NCBI RefSeq assembly: GCF_037042905.1
Contig: NC_087263.1
Span: 11,906,001-11,970,000 of the forward strand
DNA length: 64,000 nucleotides
Source of the DNA: Lytechinus pictus
Taxonomy: Eukaryota
Direction of reading: 5' to 3'
The first letter of the stretch is position 1; the number at the start of each line of letters is the position of its first letter. The translations under genes were made by a program, and so were the position numbers. Below, piece after piece: positions 27,001 through 38,273 of this stretch. The notes beneath the pieces are model-generated. The model did not search any database and was not told the origin of the DNA. It was given only the letters and a program-made list of their open reading frames with translations.

Positions 27001-30000
27001 ATTTCTACAAGAAAGTTGGAGTTGCACATTACCTTCTTTGGTAAATGATGGAGGCCGAATATCCTCTATTTTCTCTAGTTTCACCAACTCTTGACATAAA
27101 TCGTAAACACCTTCCGAATCTTGGACAGCGCCCTCTCGGATCACATAATTGTCACTCTCAAAATTAAGAATCAGAAGACGTATAAGAACATTATTTTTTC
27201 ATATCTCTGCTGGAAAGAACAAAGTGTGACCACAGTGTATTCAAATACTGGACTATGTGAACATATTTTTCACAGTGTTAAAATGCTTAAATTCAACAGT
27301 GTGAAGATATTTTCAGACTGTGGACACCTCGACAGTCTGTGTGACTGTTCACAGTGTGTTTACCTGGTCGACTATGTGAATATGTGATGAACACTGTTGA
27401 AATGCTCTAATTGTACAGTGTGAAGGTGTTTTCACAATGTGTTCCACACTGTGAACACACTGTGACAGACACATTGTGTTCTTTCCAGTAGGGATAGTTA
27501 GAGAAGGGGGTGAGTGGGAGAAAGCGAAAGATTTGGAATTGGGGAAACTTTGAAGCAAAAGCAAGTCGGCCGAGAATATTCAGATGAAAAACGGTAAAGG
27601 AATTACATTGGTGTAAATGATGAAAGAGGTAGCACACATTTTACAAGAAGAAGGCATAGGGAGAAACAATCAGGGATTTGTGACATGGAAAATGAAATTA
27701 AAAAAAGAAAGACGAATATGTGAAGATAAATTAGATACATGCATATTGGGAACTCCGGAATACCGTATGAATCCATCTTTACAATGGGTGTCCCACAGGG
27801 TTCTGTTATAGTGACATTTTTCTTTGTGACAACGTGTAAACTAAAGGCTTGTAAAGCAAGTTGAATTTAACAATGTAAGTTTTACTCTTTTTTGGTAATA
27901 CAACTATTTCTTTAATTCTTTTGGTGGTTGGAAGGCCACTCTATTGAGCGTCAACTTTGGCTTGTGATTTTCAGGTAATCGATTTAAAAACAGATACTGC
28001 TAGAATCACTGGCAAAATTAGATTCTGAATTTAAAGAAGCTAATGTTTTTGCTCGCTCGTGGCCTTCCTGAAATTTCTCCCATACGCCTCAGTTATATTG
28101 GCTCATTATTGCACTAGATAGAAAGATGTGGAATCAGAACGACACACACCCTGAACGAACATATATGCTTACCAAAAACTCTGGCGTTGCTGAGGGATTT
28201 GGCATTATCCAGAAATCACTCCCTGCACCTTTGGCCATGCTGGTGTTTAAGTTAGTCGCGCCTTCGGACTCGAAAGCGGAATTAAACATATAGTCTTTCC
28301 CACACACAGCCGCCAGCAAGCCGTGAGATCCCTTTTCTATAGAAACCTGAAATGCATGGTTGTGTAAGTAAAATTCGAAATATTGTTTTATTAAATAATG
28401 TTGTTTCATTTACATGGTTTAGTTGGATACACCATAATTTTTCATTGGAGGGACTTTATGTGGAATGATTGAATAGATATTGGAGCCCAACGTCCCATAC
28501 CTTTTTTGGGGGTGTGGTGGGGCGGGAATTTTTCTCCGTTGATTGTGTGTTCAACATCAAAATCAAATATAAAATACATGAAACTATAGAATTATGATAG
28601 TTGATTGAAGGTGATCATTAATTCAGAATGATACATGAATATTGCGACCTGGCCAAATTGGCCAAAATTGAGGGAAAATAAGCATTTTCCAAAATTGTAA
28701 CCGAAACACCACCCCCCCCCCCAAACCAGCCCTCTTAATTAAGGAACGACAATACTTCCATTTTATACCATTCCCATTAGAAACAATGACATTGCCCCTG
28801 TTTTTACAAACCCGCTAAAACATTATTCTATCTGATTGAAAATCATTAGCATAATTTCAATATTTCTTCATCTTAAATCTTGTTTTACATTGTTTTAGAT
28901 TAATTAAACAAACCTTTGTTGCCAGCTTTAGTAACATTTGCTGAAGTCCATGATCTGTCAAATGAGATCAAAAATGATTATAATGAAATAAACGGGGTAC
29001 AAAATAATGACGCAGGTATAGAGATCAGAAAAATCACTTTGTAATCACTTTATTCAGCTTTTAACTCCAATAGTCTTCAGACTTCACAAAAAACCGAGTT
29101 CACATACAACTACATGGTTGTACAAGATTGAAGAGCATGAAGAGTCAACTGCCAGGTTGCTTAGCATGGTACATGTTGTCTGTCTCTCTCTCAATAAATA
29201 CATGTATCAATCATGTCAATAGTCCTGTTCAGGACACACCCTAAAAACCAAACCAAAAAAATTGTTTCTATTCATTAAGCACCTTGCCTGGTGCAGGCAT
29301 ACAATACAGGCTGACCTGTATTGTACATAACTTTCTATCATACACTTCAGGCTCTATGCCCAAGAGTTATTGTTGCACCTGTTAGTATTTTACATAACTT
29401 TCTTTCATTCATTCAGGCTCTATGCACCTGTAATTCATATCACTACAACAATCACGAATGATTCATTCTCCATGCGTTTAACAATGCAAATACTTTGACT
29501 TCAAGCCTATCTGAAATAAAATAAAAATAATAATAATTCAAGATGACAAATGATAGTTTAGGCCAGTTTAATGACGTTGGAGAAATCACGATTTGTTTCA
29601 TTTGTATCGTATCAAATTGCTACCAAAAGAGGATTTTACAATAAGATATTACACATCCTTCTTTGCTGGGAATATAGCCACATACAACGGTGTCTTCGAG
29701 TGAGTAGTTATACAATAATGGTGGACTATTTATAGGATGTTTACGTTCTACAGTCAGACTAAAGTTTTCCTCGCACACTCGCGCAATCACCCGCACAAAC
29801 ACACACACACACACACGCCAAACTTAAAGAATATTGTGTCAACCGTGGACGGTAAATCGGGAGCGACGCAGGGAAGCGGGGACATACATTTTTGTATACA
29901 ACAGGCAAATGGGGACGTTTTTGTGTTTGTATATCACAATATATCAAAAAAATAATGCGTAAAGCGAGCTTAAATTTTGATTTTTTTTTCTCAAGCAAGC

Positions 30001-31029
30001 ACGTTGCTTAAGAACGTCACTCTAACAACAATTGTTAAACTAGTTTTACCAGGGTTTTTTTAAGTTTAAACTTTTTTATCTAAACACTCCCAAGTTATGA
30101 AAACCATTGATAGGAATAAGCCATGCTTATGTGTAATGTGTATACGGGCGTGTGTAATATTTGGATCAGCTTATCTGTTTGGAGGGAATGGATGTGTATG
30201 TGTGTGGGGTGTGCATGTGAGGGGGGAATGTATTCATGATAATATAACAAATTTTAGAATTTGTACTGATAGGATTCTCAAAATCTTCTCTTCAAGTGTT
30301 GGCCAGTACCCGTCTGAAACCTAACGGTGAAAGAGCTCTTTCATCAGTTGCTCCTCGTCTTTTGAGAACTCTCTACCAAACCAACTTCGTATTTGTAACA
30401 ACATTGACACCTTCAAATCCGAACCAGGGAACTCCCTGTCTGAACTAAAGACCCGTATTTTCCAGCAAATTTATGAAAAATGTGTGACATATTGGGAGCC
30501 GGTGCCTTTTTTTCTTTTCTTTTTTACAGATAAATGGCTCGATATAAATAAATGCTGATTGAACATCATCATCATTAAAGTAGCGCTTCGCTGAAATGAA
30601 TCTTGATTTTTGCCAACTGTCGATTAAAGCATCAAACATACCCCTATAAGGCGGCTTCAAGTAACAGCAATGGATAAAACCAGTGATTCCGATGACGTAA
30701 TTGAATGGAAACGAAATAAAGGCACATCCAATGACATCATTCTTATTTTCTCCGTCATCTGTGACCTCGGCGATGATTGGTGTAAAGAGTCCACGCTTAT
30801 AATGGTCGCTGAATGCTGTGGGGGAATAAAATGGTTAAATATAATACAGATTTGAAATCAAAGATAACATCTAAATAGGCAAAAGTTAATTGTTAAAAAA
30901 TGAATAAATACTTCAACTCACTTTAACCTCCATGAGGGGTATGAAGGAAAGCACAGGTTTGTCCTTAAATCAGTGTTATTGGCAACCCCCACTGACGCAC
31001 AGATTGGAGCTCTGGGGTCATAGTCCCCC

Positions 31030-31081
<52 letters not shown>

Positions 31082-31622
31082 ATGAACAAGAACAAGAACA
31101 AGAAAAAAAGAAAAACAAAGAAAAGAAAAAGAAAAAGGCATACAAATTATATCCTATTCCGAATATTGTATTGTTTCAAAATCTATTATACATTTTGACT
31201 TTTGTAGTGAAAGGGTCAACAGCTTTTTAAAGCAGCTCGAGCTAAAGCCGGGGTAATAATAATAATAAACAATGCGCCTGGGAATAGAACATTTCTAGAT
31301 ATATGGCGCTATATAAATGCCTATTATTAATATTATTATTATTATTAAAGCTTGTTTAAGCTTTTAAAACGCTGCTGCCCCTTTCACAAACATTGTGTAT
31401 GGGACAAATTTCTTAAAAGAAGTTTGCCCTATACACAATGTTTGCCCCCCCCCCCCCCCATCCCCTAAAACGTTTGGCTTATTACGCCACTCTTGACAGC
31501 TTACCTCGCTTGGAATTCGTGAATTCGTCTTCTAACTCCTGTTCGATGACGTACTCATTGAGCAGATCATACACCTTTGATATATCGTCCGATGTCGCTA
31601 CACGGCAGCTATATCGACCCAT
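24027..31622 (-). CDS. Tandem double-GNAT (SSAT/SAT1-like) acetyltransferase, copy B; complete, 8 exons, 337 aa
   Basis: Exons 31622-31505 (ATG), 30815-30642, 28954-28914, 28346-28173, 27156-27033, 26789-26595 (GC donor), 24931-24891 and 24173-24027 (TAA). Lengths 118/174/41/174/124/195/41/147 total 1014 nt, in frame. It is collinear with copy A. Motif A in domain 2 reads HKGKGLG. Confidence 0.88.
25652..26553. mobile_element. Head-to-tail dimer of a non-autonomous TIR element with ATAT TSD (Sola-like)
   Basis: atat|gaggagtttggttgcaaaagggttagg ... ttagctcttc a gaagagtttggttgcaaaagggg ... ttttgcaactgagctcttc|atat. Units are 25652-26151 and 26153-26553. Confidence 0.75.
27205..27493. mobile_element. 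MITE with cacagtgtg subrepeats
   Basis: TIR ctctgctggaaagaac / gttctttccagtaggg. Confidence 0.75.
29040..29447 (-). mobile_element. Candidate solo LTR
   Basis: The minus strand reads tgtagtg...aataaagtgattaca: TG...CA ends, a short terminal IR and a poly(A) signal near the end. No clean TSD is visible. Confidence 0.35.
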
Positions 31623-31818
31623 TTCAAATCCGTGAGATCTATCAAATCACGTATCCCCTACATGTGTGGCCATCCTAGGAAGGACTTGTCTTTGACCAGC
31701 TAAGCCTACAATTAGATATTGTTCAAATACTACTCGATAATACAATCAGTGCGTAATTACAAAATAATAATTAATCTACAAGAGGTAAAATCAAATCTGT
31801 TAATCCATCTATCACCCA

Positions 31819-34800
31819 TAGTCAGGTCCAGATTTTAAAAAATGTGCTCAGAAAAAGTGCTTTAGGCATTTTGTGTTAATGCTGATTTATCAATTGTTTT
31901 AAGGTCATTCAGGGGTGCTGAATCCAAAAATGCTGTTTGCCAAACTTGATTCCGACGTTTTTATCTTCAAATCGGCAAAAAACAAAATGGCGGCATTTTT
32001 AAAGCAATTTCCCATATTAAACGATTTTTATGGGTGATTGTATTTCAGAAATTGGGATCTACGCGTTATTTTCGATACCCAGGGTTGCAAACATAATGTG
32101 TCCGATCGATTGATTCGTCAGCCATCTTTAATTCCAAGATGGCTGCCATGATTCACAGCTGCTGATTGATAAATAATATGGCCAATGTTTGATAATTTTG
32201 GGGCGATGCTGGCATATTCACATTGTGATATCTTTAAAGTGTCCGCCATTTTTTCCTTGCCTGCACAGCAGAAGCATGACATGGACGTCGCTTTTCCGAC
32301 GGCGGCGATGATCATGGCGGCGGCGAAATCAACATCAAATCTTAACCGGGGTTAAGTTTTTGAAATGTCATAACTTTTAGGGTATAGATGTCTTTTTCAT
32401 GAAACTTAGGGATGTTAGGATTTAAAAAATCTATTGAGACAGGTAATATAGTTAAAAAAGGTCGTCAAGGTTACATGGAAATCCAGCATGGCATCCACAA
32501 CGGCAGCCGTAGTACCATTAACTCCAAAAATAAAGTAAATCCTCAAAATCAAACCACCAAAAAGCTTTCTAGGCAAATAATGAATCAGGACAGGTTTAAA
32601 AGATAGTGAGTGTGTCAGCGAATCCAAGATGACCTTCCAAACTGACGTCTATAATGGACGTCTGGACATTGTATCTTTGAAATAGTCCAAATTCATAATA
32701 TATACACCTGGTAGAAATACCTTTGGGGTCTACCGAGAATAAAATAAAACATATAAGAAAATCATGGTTCCAAAGGGAAAAAATTACATTGGAAAAATTT
32801 CAAGGTTTATTAGTGGTGCAGTTTTGCAAAAAAATGATGATGGCCTAAAAAATAGTTATTTCTTAAAAATCTGGCTGCACTGAGTGCATATACTATCTAC
32901 CTAGAAACATTTTTGTGTCTTCCTCATGGTTTCAAAGTTCAAATAATATAGGTGAAGACGAATTACATGGATACACCGTTGTCCATTTTGTAAAAAAATG
33001 AAGAACGCTCCAAAAATTACATTCGAATTGGCCACCATTAATACAAAAATGACAATACTTCATATCCCATCTAGTGCCACTATTTTGGTGTCTCTGTTTT
33101 TAAGACTCATGAAAATACGTTTTACAAGAATTAGTGACATAATATCATTAGATGGTGGTGCAACAATAAGCAAACATCCGAAAAACAAACTTTAAAAACT
33201 AAGGTACACTTTGCCTAAAAAGTTCCATAATTCACTGATAAGTATTTCAAGACATGTCATTTATGTGCTTAGGACCATCCTATGGTTTCAAGATTAGGGG
33301 ACATAAGTCATTTTTACACAATTTTAGAAGTCGCTTTGGACTTTTTACGACAAAAAGAAAAACTGACCATCCTTTTTATTTGTCCCGATTTATTATTTCA
33401 GCCTTCAACCCACAAAAGTGTAGATTTTGTTCACATAATTATGACTATGTTTAGGTGATGGAAGTCTTTTAAGACTCATTGAAAGCGATCTTTAAATAAT
33501 AGGTAAAATAGGCAGCTTCATGCCATTGTAAATAATCAAAAAAGTATTATTTAACCCTTGAAACCATAGTGTAGACACCAAATCATATCTCCCAGATGGA
33601 TTCTAAATAGATTATGTCAATTTTTAAGTATAGCTCAGCCATTTTAGACTCCTTAATTGGAAGCCATCTTGGATTTTTAGACATACGGGGCCATTGATTG
33701 CCCTTGTAACTTATCCTAATGTATTACTTGACCATTTAAACCAAGGTTTAGACAACATAGTCATTCGCCCCAGGCGGATATTAAACAAACTATGTCAGTT
33801 TTGGGGTAATAATAGCCATTTTAGACTCCAATTTTGGAAGCCTTTTTGAATTCCTGGACATGCTGGAGCTCTGGCTGTCCATGTAACTTGTCCTAATTTA
33901 TTACTTGACCCTTTAAACCATGGGTTAAACCCCCAAATCATATACCCCAGGCTGATATTAAACAAACTATGTCAGTTTTTCGGTAAGAACGGCCTATATA
34001 GACTCCATTTTTGGAGCCATTATTGATTTTTTGACATACTGGAACCACTAACTGTCCTTGTAACTTGCCCCAATCTAATACTTGACCCTTTAAACCATGC
34101 TTTATACAAAAAAAATCATATTCTCCAGGCGATTATTAAACAAACTATGTCGGTTTGTAATTAACGACACACATTTTATACTCCATTTTTGCAAACCATC
34201 TTGGATTTTTGGACATAGTGGACCGTTGACTGTCCTTGTAACTTTGTTACTTGTCCCAACGTATTTCTTGACCCATTAAATGATGGGTTAGACACCAACA
34301 TCATATCCCCAAGGCAGATATTAAACAAACTATGTCGGGTTTTAGGGTTTTTAGATAACAACAGCTATTTTAGACTCCAATTTTGAAAGCCATCTTGGAT
34401 TTTTGGACATAGTGGACCGTTGACTGTCCTTGTAACTTGTCCCGGTTTACTTCTTGACCCTTGAAAATCACCAATGAATAAAACCGAAATAAAAGACACT
34501 AAAATAGGTAATAGATGAATTGTGAATTTTTAGGCCATGGCAGCCATTTTTACGCAATCTTTGATTTTCAGGTACCCTGGAGTGCATATGTTCACTCTTT
34601 CCTTTCATCCCCTACACCAATGTATACATGTATGCACCGAAAAAAGGGGTCTAGGGTAGAAAAATGCCGGTTATTCTAATTTTCAGTTGATGGCGACCAT
34701 CTTAGACGCCATCTTAAAAATAACCACTTTCCCGGATCCAGATTTCGGTGGATTTTTAGTATGTTATTCCTGAGATCAAATAGTACCAAAAATCGTTGAC

Positions 34801-35023
34801 AAACATTTTTGTTACAAGTTTTGGGGGTCAGAATAGAGTAAAAATGGGTGTAGAATGGCGGCCATATTGTTTTTGCCAATTTGAGGATTTTAACATCAAA
34901 ATCAAGGTTGACAAACAGCAAATTTGGACTCAGCGCCCTCGAATTATGCTAAAACACTTCTCAATTCAGCATTAACACGATTTGCCTAAGGCAGTCTACT
35001 TTTCTCAAATCTGGACCTGACTA
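31819..35023. mobile_element. Non-autonomous TAGT...ACTA DNA transposon with 3-bp TSD (Academ-like)
   Basis: cca|tagtcaggtccagattt ... aaatctggacctgacta|cca, with ~180-bp imperfect TIRs, caagatggc/gccatcttg motifs and no long ORF. Confidence 0.85.
33550..34460. repeat. ~180-bp tandem repeat (about 5 units) inside the Academ-like element
   Basis: aaacaaactatgtc recurs at ~33783, 33960, 34138 and 34323. Confidence 0.9.
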
Positions 35024-35026
35024 CCA

Positions 35027-35390
35027 ACTAAGCTTAATGCTTATACCTTTTGCAAAAGAGGGTTGTAAGAATGATTACACTTTCTCATTATCAAACCCAT
35101 TCTAGACCACTATTTAAACAACTCAGTATTTTAAATGTCTACCAGTTAAATGACTATGTGTGCAATACTCATATTTAGACATCGTAAATGCTTATCGGAC
35201 ATGTTTATAAAGAATAGTTCAATTCATTTTTATAGTACTAGAAATAGGAATCAATACCACAGATGGAATGTAAATGCAGAATTTGCTTTTGATTCATGTC
35301 CGCAACATTAATGAATGAATGAATAAATGAATGAATTAATGAATAAATGAAATACCGAACGAATGAATGAATGAATGAATGATGAATAAA
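35027..35390 (+). mobile_element. Degenerate CR1/L2 3' fragment
   Basis: LQKRVVRMI and HSRPLFKQLSILNVYQL remnants, with a (tgaa)n tail containing aataaa. Confidence 0.65.
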
Positions 35391-38273
35391 CTGTAGTCAA
35401 CTACAAAACGGTTGAAATTCGCCTCCTTGAGAATTTGACAAGCAAAAGATAAAACGGATATCAGCTCAAAACGGACTAGGATTTTGCCTCATTAATAGTT
35501 ATATTGCTTAATTCGGAAAGGTGGTTATGGAGTAGACGAGAAATTTACACTGTTTTTAATACGTCTTCTGTTCATGCAAACGTAATGATATGCCAAAGGA
35601 ATTATGCCACATATTAAATACTACTTAATCATTCCTTAATCATAATGTATTATGTTTTTGGAGTCATTAATGAATTTAGAAAATAGATATCGTACATAAC
35701 ATTTTCTACTCACCCGATATCAGGCCATACAAAACTGGACTTCAGGTGCGTCGTCCATAAAAATGATCAGTCAGTATTATAAAACATTATATTTATATTC
35801 CTAGAACAAAATTCAGATTTACATTCGAATTCATAAGGGACACTCAACTCTGTTCATTTTATGTATATGTCGATGACTTAGGGGTACTCGATTCTCTTGC
35901 ACTTTGTTCAAAGTGAGGAAACTTCCTTCCATATTTGACTACGTTTTCCGGTGCCATTTATCTGAGCATACATAAATGAATACATACTGTCGGTTTTACA
36001 GTCAATAGTGAGATTTCGCTTCCACGAGATAAGAACATAAAATGTATTGTCAAACGTCCTTAATGACAAAGCACAACCAAGACGTCTTTGTCGAAAATGT
36101 GTGAATCGAGACAGAGTTTTCGTCCTGGACAAACGAAATATTTGTAATTTTTAGTAAGCACTGAAACTTAGGATGAAACTGCTGTTCAGGTTCACGAACT
36201 TTCGACAAAGACCTCCCAGCTGTTCATTATCATTTGACGGGCATTTTCAATAGATTTACTGTGTTCTTGAATCCGTCCCCTTTGTAGTTGCAAAAAAACT
36301 ACCTAATGTTAAGTGGTGGTAAATCCCCAAAACCTGAAGGCCCCTATTCTATTAAATATATATCGAAATTATAGTATATGACTGTCTTTTCCCTGTGCAG
36401 TTAGAGTGTGAAGGTTATGATATCATTATCATATTTTTCAAAGAAAAATAAATTACTTTGATCAGGTGCCAAGTAAAAAGAAAATATAGTGTGTGCGCGC
36501 GTTGGTGTGCGTGTGTGTATGGGTTTTTTTTTCATTATAAAACCACTTCTGAAGAGTGGAATGGGGAGAGAAGGTTTCAGGGTATAATCTTTGTCTGTAT
36601 TTTTATTTCAATGAATACATTATTACTCAATTTTGTAAGAAAACCGCTGAAAATGCCATATTAGAGAGGAATTAAACATATTAACGACAGAGGGCGCCAA
36701 ATATATAAAGATCACATTCAAAACTTCGGGGGAAAAATCCAGCCACCCCTCAGAACCCATAGTAGCCCATTGTATACGACGGGGAACCTTATTGGACTCC
36801 CCAGGCTTATGGTGCCACTGACGAATAGATAGAGGGCTTTTGGGCATCCCCCCTAAAAAAAGAAAGAAAAAAAAATCAAAGACTGAGAAAAAAAGGTGGA
36901 AAACGAAAAATACAAAAAAGAAAGAACAGGAAAATTAGTAAAATGTGTTGTTTACTATTTACATTGTCAAAATCAATTCCCAAGTTAGCTCTTTGTTATA
37001 AAAGGTCAACATTCATGCTCATGCACTCACATCGCTCGTTCGCGATATTTTTTTTTTCGCACACCATACGCCATGTTTGACCCCCTCAATTGTTTTTTCT
37101 CATTACACCAACATGACCAATGTACGTTGGATATATGTACGGAATTCGAAATAAAACTTCTTAAAAATTGACATAGGGGTATGATCATATTAAAAGAAAA
37201 TTATTAGAATATTAGTCATGATATGAGGGAGCAAAAGGACCGACTATTACATCTCAAAATATTCACTATTAAGTTCATTATTCCTGCAAACCTGGTTCAC
37301 AACATTTTGTGTGTGTGAGGGTGTGTGTGGGGGTGTGTGTGTGTGTGTGAACACTCCAAACATAATATGAATAAATCCGGGCGTAAGAAAACACATGTTT
37401 TAATAAATAGTGAATGTTAATTATGTTTTAATTTAATCGTTTAAATTGATTTCATTGTTCATTACATAACAACTTTTCACAATATTCACCGCAGTTATTA
37501 TAACACATGTAAACAGTCATTTATATCATTAATCAAAAACAAAAATATACAGTTTATACATTTACTATGCTCGATATAGATTAAGGCTACGTCCAGTAAA
37601 ACAAAAGGATGCTTTGAATAGAGAAAAAACATTAGCAAAACCCCAAAATTTTATCTAAAATCTATGTCAAAGGAAGGTTAAATACAGGCATTATCCTGCT
37701 CTATTTATCATTGGCATACACCCCCTTCCAACAAAGGTTTCAAGGTTAAGAAAAAAAGGGAGAAAGAAAAAGAAAAGGGACGAGGTGAAATATGCTATCA
37801 AGTTCAGAATAGTATGCCAAAGTCTATCACAATTTTTTTTTTCTTAATATCAATAACAAATTCGTTAGCTCGCTTCTCTTGCTCGCAGATTTTAATGTGT
37901 ATTTGCCCAATAGGCCAAGACTTCCACTATAGCTTATGGGAAGCTATTACAGAAAAGTCACACTGTCAGAGGAAGGCTGTTGTACCTTATCAATCCTCCC
38001 TGACACCCCCCCCCCCCCTCCCTTACTAAGGTCCTATAAGAAATGCAATTCGAGAAAACTTGCTTCCTTTAAAAAAAATATGTTCTTTTACCCATGATAT
38101 CACCTTAGTAGATGAAATAGTTCACCCAATGATTGATAACAGTGACATCTTTAATCGAGATAGACACTTAACTCTTTGATTACTAATTTATGTAATTACA
38201 AAGGCTTTGTAAAGGTATCTCCCGGTTTCAGTAGAAAACGGTTTAATCATGCAATGTCCTTGCCCCGTGTTGC

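Noticed and set aside
30918..31198. Poly-Pro/poly-Lys and poly-Phe/Gly ORFs
   Set aside because: C and A homopolymers inside intron 1 of copy B.
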